Assembly: GCA_023213395.1 (NCBI GenBank)
Contig: CM041465.1
Location: 122,271,741 to 122,335,740, forward strand
From: Cycas panzhihuaensis
Taxonomy: Eukaryota > Plantae > Cycadophyta
Reading direction: 5' to 3'
DNA: 64,000 nucleotides
The notes under the pieces were generated by a model. The model worked only from the letters and a program-made list of their open reading frames with translations. It ran no database searches and had not been told where the DNA came from. Shown in pieces: positions 10,830 to 23,314 of the stretch (its first letter is position 1; each line of letters opens with the position of its first letter). The position numbers were made by a program, and so were the translations under genes.

Positions 10830-13800
10830 AAGATTAATGAAGATTGTTGAAGGAGCTATGGTAAAATCAACTATAATAACTGGGACAATGACTATTATTA
10901 TAGTGATAGATAAAGATGTACTTGACTAGGAGGATCACAACTAAGAGGCTTTGACCATCATTAGTTTATTAATGGTAGATGACCTCATTAGATATTTATA
11001 AAGAAAAGACACAGCATTTGAAGCATAGTAGACTTTAAAAGATCTTTTTGAAATAAAAAATAAGACTTGGGTTTTATACCTAACAAGTCTTTTATATTCT
11101 TATAATAAGATAACCATTTAAGACTTTATCTCCTCACATGCGTAAAAAATTAAGGAGATTAAAGATTATCTTATTGCAGTAGGTGAGACTATAACAACTA
11201 AAGAACTAGTTAGCATCACCTTGAATAACCTGTATAAAGGCTATTATATTTTTATAACTAGTCTTTGCTTGACTAAAAGAGAAAAGCCCTTATCATTTGG
11301 CGAACCTATTGGAATGTTCTTACATGAGGAGCAAAGGATAGGTAGTTACCTAGCTAGCAACAATGTCATGGTGTTAATAACTTTGTCCAAAAAGAAGGCA
11401 TATAAGAACCCTCCTGAGAATATCTCATGGCCTCCTCACAATAAAAATACTAATAAACCTAAATAAGACATATCTTATAATTACTATAATAAGAAGCGTC
11501 ATCTTGAAAAGAACTTCTAGAAGAATAAGAAAAATAATAAGATAACATATGTATCTACAATAGCATTTGCACTAATATTTGTAACTATTTTGATAGCAAA
11601 TAAGGAACCTATTATGTTGGTTCTTCATGCATTTATATCAAATTTTTGGTACTTGAGTTCTATAGCATCAAAGCATATCACCCCTCATAAAGAGCGATTT
11701 ATGAAATAAATGAAAGATTTTCTTCTTATATTATTCTTGCTAACAAAAGTCATTATAAGATCTTTAGTCAAGGTAGTATAACTTTTACTCAACCTCACAG
11801 TAGGGTGTTTAAAGTCTCATATGTTTACTATATACCCTCTTACAAATATAACTTGATTTCTATCAATCACATAATTATACAATAATTAGAAGTTATTTTT
11901 AATACAACTAAGTGTTAAATAAAGAAAAAATTGTTATTATATCTCAATGTTTTAAAGATAATGGACTCTACGAATTCTCTAGTATCCCTAATCATGATTT
12001 TATTACATATAACTCTTTTGACACTCTATGACATGCTTGCTATGGCCACTTGAACTATAATAGTCTTCAATTATTGAGCAAGTCACAAATGGTGCATGAC
12101 CTTCCGTTCATTCAAAAGAGTAGTAAAATATGTGACATTTGTACTTTAGGGAAGCAACGTAGAGATTTATATACCAAGTCTATATGGCAAGCTAAGAATA
12201 AACTTAAATTAGTTCTCTCTGATTTGTTTAGATCTATTTCACTTGTTTCACTTAGATATGCTAATTATTTTATGACCTTCATTAATGATCTCAATAGGAG
12301 ATGTTAGATCTATCTCCTTAAGAATAAATTAGATGCTTTTGATAAGTTTAAAGTATTTAAAGCTAAAGTTAAGATCTTTTCTTTAAAAAAAATTATGGTT
12401 CTAAGGAGTGGCAATGGAGACACATTCTTATCAAATGACTTAATCAATTTTTGTAAAATCCATAGCATTCAATATCCACCTACTACAACATATAATCCAC
12501 AACAAAATAGTGTATCTAAGAGAAAAATCATATAATTATGGAGATGCTTCGATGTTTGCCTAAGGAAAACTATGTCTTTAAAGGCTTACATGGTGAAGTT
12601 GCTAGAGTAGTTGTTTACTTGTTAAGCATGAGTCCTATTAAAGTAGTATGAAATATGACTCTTGAGTAAGCCTAGACCAACAGAAAACCCTTAGTTTGTA
12701 ATCTTTATATTTTTTGTTGTATTGTTTATATTCATATGCCTAATGAAAAGAGGTATAAACTAGACAACACAAGCTAGGAATATATTCTTATTAGGTACAA
12801 AGAGTCATCTAAATCATATAGATGTTGGAATCTTGCAAAAAGAAAGATTGTAATAAGTAAGGATGTATTATTTGATGAGTCTTGATGAGATCATTATGCC
12901 TAGTACAAATAAGAAAGGTAAAGAAATATATGAGATAAATGAAATAGATGTAAAGAGTGAAGAGGATAAAGACAAAAAAGAGCCTTCCACCTTCTCTTCT
13001 CCTCTTGCAAAGAAAGTACCCAAATGGGATTACTAAACCATTAAGGAATCTAAGGTTAATAATGTCAACCTTAATGAAGGTGTTGAGACAAGGAGTAAGA
13101 GAAAAGTTAATTATGTCTTGATGTCTAACATATTGAGTATTGATGAGCCATAGTCATTTAATAAAGCCAAAGTTTTGACTCAATGGTTGCCATTCATGAA
13201 GAATGAGTATAACGTTATCCTTAAGAATAACACACAGGACATTATTAAACTTCCTCCAAATAAAAGAGTCATTGGTTGCAAATAGCTATATAAAGTAAAG
13301 TATACATCAAATAATATAGTTGATATATACAAAGCTTAACTTGTAGGCAAGGGCTATACACAAACAATAGGTGTGGCCTTTGAAGAGACCTTTATACTTG
13401 TGGCAAAGATGACTATCATTCAAATGTTGATTAGTTTTACATCTCAATTTGGCTAGACACTCCACTAAATGGATGTAAAGAGTGTTTCTCTTCATGGAAT
13501 TCTTGATGAGGAGGCCTATGTGAAGTAGCCTAAAGACTTTATAAAGGTTGAGAAATAACATCTTATTTGTAGTTTGAAGACAACTCCTTATGGAATTAAA
13601 TAAGCACAAAGGGTATGGTACTCATGCATATATGACTGTCTTACTTCACTTAGATTCACTAGATGTGAATCTAATTACAATTTATATATGAGACACTTAG
13701 ACGATGAGATTCTCATTATTACACTTTATGTTAATGATCTCTTCATTACTAATTGTGATACTCTTTATACCGACTCTCTAAAAAAGTAATTATATAATGC

Positions 13801-14998
13801 TTTTGAGATGTCAAATGTTAGCCCTCTATTTTCTTACCTTGATTTGGATATTTGGTAGAAGGGTGATAACATTCTTGTATCACAGTCTAAATATGCTTAT
13901 AATTTATTAAGATAATTCCATACATAGAATTGTAAGCCAATGGTTATTCCCATGGAAGTTGGTCTCAATTTGACTAAGAAGTTTATCAGTGAGTTTATTA
14001 ATGCTACATTATATAAACAATTAGTGGACATTTTAATCTACCTCACTAACACTCAACCTGATATTAGTTATGTCATTAGTATCATGTTATGCTTTATGAG
14101 TGCTTCATTCCCTGTTCATTAAAATGTAGAAAAGCAAATCTTGAGATATGTGAAATGCACTATTAGATATGGACTCATGTTTGCTAGATCTAATGAGTTC
14201 AGACTAAAGGGATTTCCTAACTTAGATTGGGTAATAGATTAGGATGAGAGGAAATCTACATCAAGATATATTTTCGCATTTGGTTCTAGTGTGATCTCTT
14301 AGTGTAGCAAAAAATAGGCTATAGTATCCTTATCTTCTATAGAGGTCGAGCATAAGGTAGTAGTTACAACCACTTATGAGGCTATTTATCTTAAGAGACT
14401 TCTTTGTCACTTTGGACTTCTACGAGATGATCTTATACAACTATTTTGTGATAATTTGAGTGAAATTCAACTTTCAAAGAATACAATATTCCAATCTAGG
14501 ATAAAGCATGTAGAAATTCAACATCATTTTATTCAAGAGTAAGTTCAAGATAGAGTAGTTAAGTTGGTCTACTATCCAACTGAGAATCACATTACTAACA
14601 TTTTCACTAAGGCCTTAAGCTATGAGAAATTTGAGAGGCTTAGAATAACTTTTATTTATAAGAGATAATGATTTAACATTATAAGGAGGTGTTAGAAATA
14701 ATGTTAATTCATTATATCATTATTTTTCTTTTGGACTTAACATTGTATATTATAACTCCTAAATATATTGTAATGCTCATCTTTTATTGTTAGACTATGA
14801 CTTTACTACTACATGTGTGAACTTGTTTAATGCCTTATGGAGTTTCTTATTTATATTTATTACCTTCACTCATGCATTAGTAAAGTTGATTGAGTGTGAG
14901 TTATGAAATAATGTAAGTATATTATCTTCCCATTCTTTATACTTGTGAGTATGTATTGTTCATTTTCTATAGTATATTTGCTATCTCTCATTTTAACA
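10830..14998 (+). mobile_element. Degenerate Ty1/copia element (gag-PR-IN-RT-RH plus 3' LTR 14690-14998); 5' LTR missing
   Basis: Gag, zinc-knuckle and protease remnants; GAG-pre-integrase ORF 12050-12307; RT ORF 13940-14122; RNase H ~14400-14640; PPT ATAAGGAGG then TGTTAG...TTAACA. Confidence 0.9.
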
Positions 14999-17900
14999 AT
15001 CCGAAGTAAATTCCACCACTTTTAAATATCATAGATGAATCCAAAATCAAGAATAAAAAGGATATCACATGCATATATTGTAATAAAAGATCACTTTGAA
15101 AAGAACTATTAGAAAAAGAAAGAAGATAAAAAGAAAGTTAAGAAAACAATAACTTTATTTGTTGATGATAAAAATGTCTTTGTGTTCATTATTATTCCAT
15201 GCATAAATGGTACTTGGTATATTGATTTAGATACTTTAAACTACATCACTTTTTACAAATAACAGTTTAATGAACTCAAGATTAGATGTAATTATATTAT
15301 TATTTTGTGTGACAATAATCAACACAAGGCAGTTAGGTAAGGTTCTATTACTTTTAGTCAATTTAATCATAAAACTAAAATCTAAAATGTGTTGTATGTA
15401 ACTTCTTTTAAAAATAACTTATTCTCTATAATTTATATAACTAAGATTAACTTGAAGGTGGTATTTAATACTATGAAATATATCATTAAGGATGATAATC
15501 TTATACTAGCTCAATGAGTCAAAGAAAATAGACTATATAAATTCTCTATCTCACTTAAGCATAATTAGATTATGTCTTCTTCTATTAGATTATGGTATGA
15601 ATGATGTGGGCATTTGAATTACCACAAATTTTAGTTGCTAAATAAGTTACAAATTCCACATGATCTCCCTCTTGTATTAAAATGTAATAAAGTTTGTAGT
15701 GCTTATGCTCTAGGGAAATAACATAGAGAAAAAATTATCATGTCCATTTAGTGGGCTAACGAAAAATTATAATTAGTTCATTCTAATTTATGTGGGTCAA
15801 TCACTCCAGCCTCACTTAATATATCAGAATACTTCATGACCTTCATCGACAACTTAACTAGGAGAACTTGGGTCTACTTTCTAAAGAATAAGTTAGATGC
15901 ATTTATAAAATTTAAGGAGTTTAAAGCCAAAGTATAACACTTCTCTAAAAAGAAAATCAAGATTATGAGGAGTGATAATGGAAGTAAGTACTTATCATGT
16001 AAGTTCATTATTTTCTGTAAGGATCAAGGCATTAAGTAGGAGCTGACTACATTCTATACACTACAGAAGAATGGTGTGGATGAGAGCAAGAATCATATTA
16101 TTACTGAGATGGCTAGGTGTTTACTTAAAGATAAGAATATATATATAATAGATTTTCAGGTGAAGCTATGAACACAACTATATACATTCTAAACAGAAGT
16201 CCTATTATAGTTGTTTAGAATATAACTCTTGAAGAGACTTTATTGGGAAGGAAACCTTTTGTTTATAATCTTCGTGTCTTTGGTTGTACTACTTTTGTTC
16301 ACATACATAATGTAAAGAGATAAAATCTTGATGACAAAGGTTATAGATATATTCTTGTTAGGTATAGTAAGTCATCAAATGCATATAGACTCTAGGATTC
16401 TTTAGAGAGGAAGATTATAATTAGTAGTGATATCCTTTTTAATGAGTCCAATGAAAGAATAATCTCAATTATAAATGCAAATGCTAAAATCTAGGAAGAG
16501 AAGTGTGAGACTAAAGAATAATATAAAAAAAGCTTGGAAACTCTTATAGATATTCTTTATTTCTTTACTCCTAAAAAGTTTCCTAAGTAGTATACTCATA
16601 CTTTAAGAGATTCTAAGGTTGGTGACATTAACACTAGTATAGGTGTTCAAACCCAAAGTAGGATTAATTTTTCTTTGACATCTAATATTTTAACCATTAA
16701 TGAATCTGAGTCATTTGTTGAAGCTAATGATACATCCCATTAGTAGACAACTATATAGGAGGTGTATGAATGTATTCTGAAAAATGACACATGAGATCTT
16801 ATTAAGCTTCCTTCAGGGAAGAAAGCCATTAGTTTTATATGGGTATATAAGGTGGAGTATTATTCTAATAGTGATATTAAATAATACATAGCTTGACTTG
16901 TAACTAAGGGCTATAAGTAGAATGAAGGGATAGACTTTGAGGAGACCTTTGCACCTATGCCTAACATGACCATTATCTAAATGCTTGTTACACTTACATC
17001 TAATTTTAGTTTAGAGCTTTACCAAATGGATATTAAAAGAACATTTTTTTGTGACATTCTTAGTTAGGAGGTTTTTATATAGTAGCCTAAACGCTTTATA
17101 CAAGTTAGAGGTAAGCATCTTATATGCAGCTTGAAGAAAATTGCATATAGGCTTAGGTAAGCACAAAAGGTATGGCATTCATACATTGATAAATACTTCA
17201 TCTCTTATAGATTCACCAAGTGTGAATCATATCATAGCTTATATATTAAAAATAAGGATGGTGTGATACTTATTATAATTTTTTATGTAAATGATCTTAT
17301 TATTATAGGTAGCAACACCTTATAGATCAACTATCTCAAGTGGCATCTTTCTAAAGCCTTTAAGATATCTGACCTTGGCATTTTGTAGAATGGAGATAAT
17401 ATTTTTGTATCACAGTCCAAGCATGCACATATTTTGTTGAGATGATTCCATATAGAGGATTATAAGCCAATGACTACCCCTATGGAAGTTGGCCTCAAAT
17501 TGACTAAAGGGGCATGTGATAGGATAATTAATGGTACTTTATATAGATAGTTACTCGGTAGACTTTTTTATCTCACTAATACTAGGCTTGATATTAGTTA
17601 TATTGTTAGTGGTATAATTTATTATAAGGTGCTCCATCCATCTCTTAGTAAAAGGCAAAAAAATGCATACTGAGATATGTTAAGGTTATTATTAGATTTG
17701 GACTCTTATTTTCTAGAGCTGATGAGTTCAAGGTACATGGCTATACTATCTCAGATTGGGTTGAAGATGTTGATGACTAGAGATCTACTCTAGAATATAT
17801 TTTTGTATCTAGTTCTAGTTTGATTTTTTAGAGTAGTAAGAAATGGACAACTATCTTCTTGTCTTCTATAGAGGCAGAGTATAAAGCTACAATCGTAGCT

Positions 17901-18594
17901 ACAAATTAGGTAATTCGGCTTAAGAGACTGATTTGATACTTTGAGCTTTTATAGAATGATCATACTTTACTATTTTATGACAATTAAGGTGCAATCTAAT
18001 TGTTAAAGAATATCCTATCTTCCATGCTAAAATAAAGCATGTGGAAGTACATCATCATTTTACTTAGGAGCAAGTGTAAAGTAGACTAGATAAGTTGGTG
18101 TATTTTCCAACTGTTGATTAGCGTACAAATATTCTCACTAAGGCTTTCAGTCATGAGAGATTTGAGAGGCTCTTATGCTTTAGAGATAATAAATTATACA
18201 TTATAAGGGGGTGATAAAAATGATGTATGTTTCATATTGTATTATTCACATTATTTTCCTCAAGTGGATAATTGTTCCACATTTAGTAGATTTCCTCAAG
18301 AGGTATCTTATTATTCTTCTCTCACATATGCAAGAGATGATCCATGTTATTTCCTTGCTTTATAACTTTTTAGCTCTATTTTATGCTCCATACTCTTATT
18401 AAAATGAGGAGTGGCTTTGCTCTCTTTAGTTGATCAAATTAGTTGATTAAGGCTTAGAGAGTAGATTGAGTTGTACTTTTTTATGATCTAATATAAGAAC
18501 ATTTTCTTATAATCATTATATATAATTTCTTGCGTCCTAATTCTTCTTTTTTTATAGTTAATTTTGATCTAGTTCTACCTTTATTTTTGATACA
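14999..18594 (+). mobile_element. Second related Ty1/copia copy (end of gag to RH, 3' LTR from 18212)
   Basis: Starts mid-gag (DITCIYCNKR...), collinear with the 11470-14690 region; PPT ATAAGGGGG then TG at 18212. Right end inferred from the resumption of gypsy sequence. Confidence 0.85.
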
Positions 18595-19120
18595 CTTTAC
18601 CATCTACATACAATGTTAATGGTATTTCCATGTCTCTTGCTTAAAACATAAGTTGGGAACCCAAGTATTAGTACAAGATAAACTTTCAGTATTAGATAAA
18701 GAAAGCACACCACTCTTAATTCCCAAATCTATCATAGAAATACAAGAATGCTACTTATGGTCTAAAACCATTTAAGAATATCTTATTAAATGATAACAAC
18801 TTTTGCAAGAGAATACTTCATGAGAATCTTCTTCTATCTTTGAAACATACCCCTATTTATGAAATCAAGTTTCTTATGCTTTAAGGGTAAAGAATTTTTT
18901 AGAAGAGAGAGCTTGTAATGAGCTTAATTAATAACTAATTGTGCATTAATAGTTATTTATGAAAGGATGTGACTATTTAATAAGTTATAACCCTTTGTAT
19001 TTAGTGATATATATACTTGGCAATTGTATAGTATAATCCTCAACTAATATTAATTCATTATATCTTTGAATACTTAGTCTCTAACCTATAAATCCCTTTT
19101 ATATGTGAGTGTGAACAGTT
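18595..19120 (+). mobile_element. Chromovirus (Ty3/gypsy) 3' end: integrase tail, chromodomain, PPT, partial LTR from 18914
   Basis: IFHVSCLKHKLG-like and EYLIK**...S*E chromodomain remnants; purine tract GAAGAGAGAG then TGTAATG. Confidence 0.7.
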
Positions 19121-19129
19121 GGGGTCACC

Positions 19130-20760
19130 TCAATAACTTCAAGATAGATTTCTAATAGAAGGTTTCCACATGTAGTAATATCAATAGGAGAGCCATGTAG
19201 AGAGTTATAAGCAATTCAAGCACTACCAAAACTTGTAAAGAATATCATTCTACTTGAAAGGAATGAAAGCATATATAAGAAAGTTTATTTTTTAGTGTAA
19301 TAATTATCAAAGATAAAAGATAGAATTAGTATAAACTCTAGGGTTACTACATCCTTTAGATCAACCTAAACAAAAATAGGAAGAAATATCTATGGATTTT
19401 ATAACAGGTCTCTTAAAAATCTAAATGTAAAAATGCCCTATTTATAGTAGTGGACCATTTGATGAAATACACACACTTTATTTCCATTTAGTCATCTCAT
19501 AAGGTGCCCCAAATTATCGAAATATTCAAGGAAAACATCCATAGGCTATATGGTTTTCCTAAAAAGATAATCAACAATAAAGATCTAAAAATCACAAGCC
19601 ATTTTTGGAAGGATTTATTGAAATTAATAGGAGTTCAACTTGCCATGAGTGCCACATATCATACCCAGACTAAAGGCCAAATCAAAGTGGTCAATAAAAG
19701 CCTAAAGATATATTTATGGTACTACACTGAGGATAAACAATCTAAATGGGTAAGATGGATTCATTTAGTTGAATATTAGTATAACAACAATTATCACCCC
19801 TCCATTAAGACAACACCCTTCATGGTATTATATGGTTACTTGCTCCCTGCATTAATAGACTACATTAAAAACACATAAAAAAGACTTGTAGTGGAGGAGC
19901 TAATTATATAATTAGAAAAGATCTTAAGAGAGCTCAAGTAATACTATGACATTGTAAGGGACCAAATAAAGTAACAAGCAAACCACAAGAGAACTAAAAG
20001 ATAGTTCAAGGAAGGAGAATAGGTTTATATGAAACTATAGCCATACAAGTAGAGCTCCCTCGAATAATAAGGGAAGTACAAACTAGCACTAAGATGTTAT
20101 GACCCATACAAAATGTGAAGAAGGGTTATAGAAGTATCTCATGCCCTCAAGTTACCTTAAAGAAGTTAGATTCATGACATCTTCCACGTGTTAAACCTTA
20201 AAACAAAAGTGGACTATCACATAGGGACAATGATTGAACTATCAATGACATATGAGGAGGGGAAGCTCATGATAGAACTTGAAAGAATTACAGATACCTA
20301 CCAATGCAAACTAAAATCATAAAACATTATAGAATACATGATTAAATGGAAGGGGGTACTGCAACAAGAGGCATCTTGGGGAAATAAACGATTCATCTAA
20401 CATCACCTCTTATTACCAACACTTTTGGGGCAAAGTAGATTTTGTGAAGGGAGGGACCTGTTGTGATCCAACATAGGTTATAAGTCAGCCACAATCATAA
20501 TAAATTATCAAATTTTAAAATGTTACAAAGTTGGTTTCAATTATGAATATTATTAGATAGATAGATTATTACCTATAAAGAAAAAATTATCATTCATTTG
20601 TAATTTATCTTTTGTAAATTAATTCATTTGAGGTCTCTTTACTATTGGGCTTTTAAGAGCTTCATTTCAACTTTTCTTTTTAAGTTTTTTCTTGTTTGAT
20701 AAAACAGGGTCTATTTAGGATCACTTTAGGCCAATTTCTATTTATTAAACCCACAACTCA
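19130..20760 (+). mobile_element. Chromovirus integrase-chromodomain fragment with 3' LTR from 20459
   Basis: ORF 19504-19779 (HRLYGFP...FWKDLLKLIGVQLAMSATYHTQTKGQ); EYMIKWKG...ASW chromodomain; PPT GAAGGGAGGG. Right end of the LTR approximate. Confidence 0.8.
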
Positions 20761-21472
20761 AGCCAATCTACCTATTAAACATTAGTAAAAAATTGAAGAC
20801 TATTAAGAGTGTTTATTTTTGCAACCTACTAAGTTTTGCAATTGTTGGTTGTCTTTGTGACCCAAGTTAGAAGAGCTTTGAATATCAAAGCCAATGGTTT
20901 AAACTAGTCTAAAAAACATCATCAATCTACAAATGGCATCTAATACATAACATAAACACCACATCCTTGATCTTCAAAAATAAGGTCATCCTATAAAGAC
21001 AAGTTGTTGGAAAATCGTTTTGGAGTACCCACTCCACCCGCTTTCGGTGAGAAATATGGGTGAAAATATTATTAGAAGAATTACATTTTATGTTAAACAT
21101 AGGACAATTATTCACTATGCTGGGCATGGGGTGAAATAGGCAGATCCTTATCTCATAATCGTAATATTAAACCGCTAACTATGAAATTCATAGTTTTCGC
21201 CCTCGCCCTCATTTGGGGGAGAAACGGCGAGTGGGAGATAATCCCTTGCTTATTCCCATTCGTGAAGAATGGACTCACACCGCCAGTTTTAGGCCGGCCT
21301 TGGCTTGCTTCTAATTTGACAAAAAGTTACAGTAATTCATACGAACAAAAATTATTATACTGGGGAACTACTTCAGATAAATCCGAGGCCACAGAAGTGT
21401 CCTGCCGAGCTCTAAAAGAGGTCCTATAGACCGGTGAATATACGCAAGAAAACAAAAAACAACGCACTGAAT

Positions 21473-21478
21473 TTTATT
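21473..21478 (-). terminator. Candidate polyadenylation signal AATAAA of the ELF4-like gene
   Basis: TTTATT on the plus strand, ~165 nt downstream of the stop codon. Confidence 0.4.
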
Positions 21479-21643
21479 ATTCAAATTTTTTAGCATCACA
21501 GCTGACCCAACGGCTATAAGATCCTTTTTCTGAACATTTTGCCTGTGCGGGATTGTACATTTTAATCAGTCCAGAAGGAGCAAGGAATTTCGAATATACA
21601 AACGGTCTTCTATTCTATTCTATTCTTCTGCGCCGTACAATCA

Positions 21644-21994
21644 CTACGAAGAACGCACCCTCTTTTGCTTTGGATTCACAGGCAACTGTGCGGATCTGAT
21701 GGGGGATCGTTCTGCACTGCCCGAGCTGATAAATTTCCCAAAAGTTGTGGAGAGGGTGGAGTAGAGATCCACCACTTTGGCGATATTGTCGTTGAGTTGC
21801 CTTATAAGCTTCACATTTCTGGTTAGGCATTCGGGCACCTTGGACTCGTGGTTCGCATTTATCTCCGTTATCAGCAGACGATTTGTTTCCAGAATGCTCT
21901 GAACTTGACTGAATCTTAGCTGCAAACTCTGCAACACCTCATTACCACCGTCCGTTGGATCCTTGAAAGGAAATGGCGATGCCAACATCTCCAT
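21644..21994 (-). CDS. EARLY FLOWERING 4-like protein (DUF1313 family), 116 aa from the second in-frame ATG
   Basis: FSQVQSILETNRLLITEINANHESKVPECLTRNVKLIRQLNDNIAKVVDLYSTLS is the DUF1313 core; the C-terminal QKRVRSS resembles ELF4-LIKE2/3/4. The ORF is intact and CpG is retained. The ATG at 21994 (gtaATGG) gives family-typical length; the ORF-track start at 22093 adds 33 non-homologous residues. Confidence 0.95.
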   Translation of the reverse strand: MEMLASPFPFKDPTDGGNEVLQSLQLRFSQVQSILETNRLLITEINANHESKVPECLTRNVKLIRQLNDNIAKVVDLYSTLSTTFGKFISSGSAERSPIRSAQLPVNPKQKRVRSS

Positions 21995-22035
21995 TACTGC
22001 TCTGCAAAATTCTCTCCGAAGGAAGGAGGATGCAT
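21994..22035 (-). promoter_or_regulatory. Candidate uORF (MHPPSFGENFAEQ*) overlapping the main start as TAATG
   Basis: ATG at 22035, 13 codons, TAA at 21996-21994 sharing its last A with the ELF4-like ATG. Confidence 0.45.
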
Positions 22036-22198
22036 CACAAAAGATTTGGAAGGTTTTGAAGGGCAGGAAGAAGGTTGGGCGGGGACCGGTCATGGGACCA
22101 CGCCCACTGGCCAGTGGAGAAAATTAAATGAAAAGCCGCAACAAGACGAAATGAATGAGCTGCAGAAATGTATGGAGTCGGGAAAATTTTGCAGGGTG

Positions 22199-22221
22199 TG
22201 ACGTATTTGGAGATAACGTGG
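22199..22221. promoter_or_regulatory. Paired ACGT-core motifs (TGACGT, ACGTGG) upstream of the ELF4-like gene
   Basis: TGACGT at 22199-22204 and ACGTGG at 22216-22221, in a CpG-retaining region; bZIP/ABRE-type cores. Function not shown. Confidence 0.3.
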
Positions 22222-23314
22222 ACCTTAAGCCCCTCTGGGCTCTTGGCACGGATTGCAGAACCTGGTGCAATAATGGAGGAGGGCAGGGACTGGGTTTAGG
22301 ATTTCTGATCGAGTGGTAGGGCCCTTAACGAGTTTGTAGACCACGACCGTTGGCCATATCATTGTCCTCTATCGAATATCATTGATGGGAGAATAAATGG
22401 GTTGCTTCTTTTAAGAGTTTATCCTCGTTGGCCGTGCGGGGTGTTTAACTATCCTTCCTTGGGTTGCTTCCAACTTTGGAATGAAGCCGGTTTAGCATTC
22501 TCATTCAAACCAAAATTAAGGACTGAGGTGAGTTTAGGAGTTTGCAATACAATAAATACTATGTTTGCCCATGAATCACAAGAAGCGTAAGAAGAATGGA
22601 ATTGAGTGGTAGAGTGTTTTGTTTCAATATTTTACATGGGAGTAGTTATGGAGTTTATTGAAAGCTAGAGAAGTACATAATTACAAATAATTTTTTTCTA
22701 ACTTTTTAATAACTTTCCATAATAGGTAACGTTGATTATTAGATGTCAAATCTAGTAACAAATAAGGTCATAGTGCTTTTTCATCCAAGACCTAGAATCT
22801 ATTTTTATCTTTGTCATGATATGCAATAATTATTTATGCTAGTTGTTGCAGTTATATTGCTTCGAATAAAAAGTTTTCATTGTTCATAGTGGGTTGGTTG
22901 GAAGTTAGGTACGATTGGCAAGTAACTTTTTCTTAGTGGAATAGATCCCCTTATTTGAGGCTTCTCAAGTTGGAAAAGAAAAAATATACTTTCATTTAAA
23001 AAATGAAAAGGTTTGTATAGTTTAACGAAACTCTTTCATCATGCATCCACTTTGTTTTTTTTTTTTTCCCACATTCCTAAGAAAACCAAAGATTCAAAGG
23101 GGATTTAAACCCTAATGCTTTATCATTAGGTATAATTCATTATGGCAATGTGACCCATGTGGGGTTGTTTGACCATCACCTCCTACTCAATTGCTACAGT
23201 GATTTGCTCTTATGACACATGGCTAGCATTGTCCCTCTTTCTTTCTCTTTACACACCCAACATCACTCTTATTACATTTGTTATTGATTCTATGGGATTT
23301 GGTGAATGTGTTTA

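Noticed and set aside
21181-21429. 82-aa plus-strand ORF convergent with ELF4-like
   Set aside because: No recognisable homology; ORFs of this length are expected in GC-richer DNA.
21615-21830. 71-aa overlapping ORF in another frame of the ELF4-like gene
   Set aside because: Shadow ORF with no recognisable motif.
21995-22093. 33-aa N-terminal extension of the ELF4-like ORF
   Set aside because: No family similarity and a weak start context; the ATG at 21994 gives typical length. Kept only as a possible alternative start.
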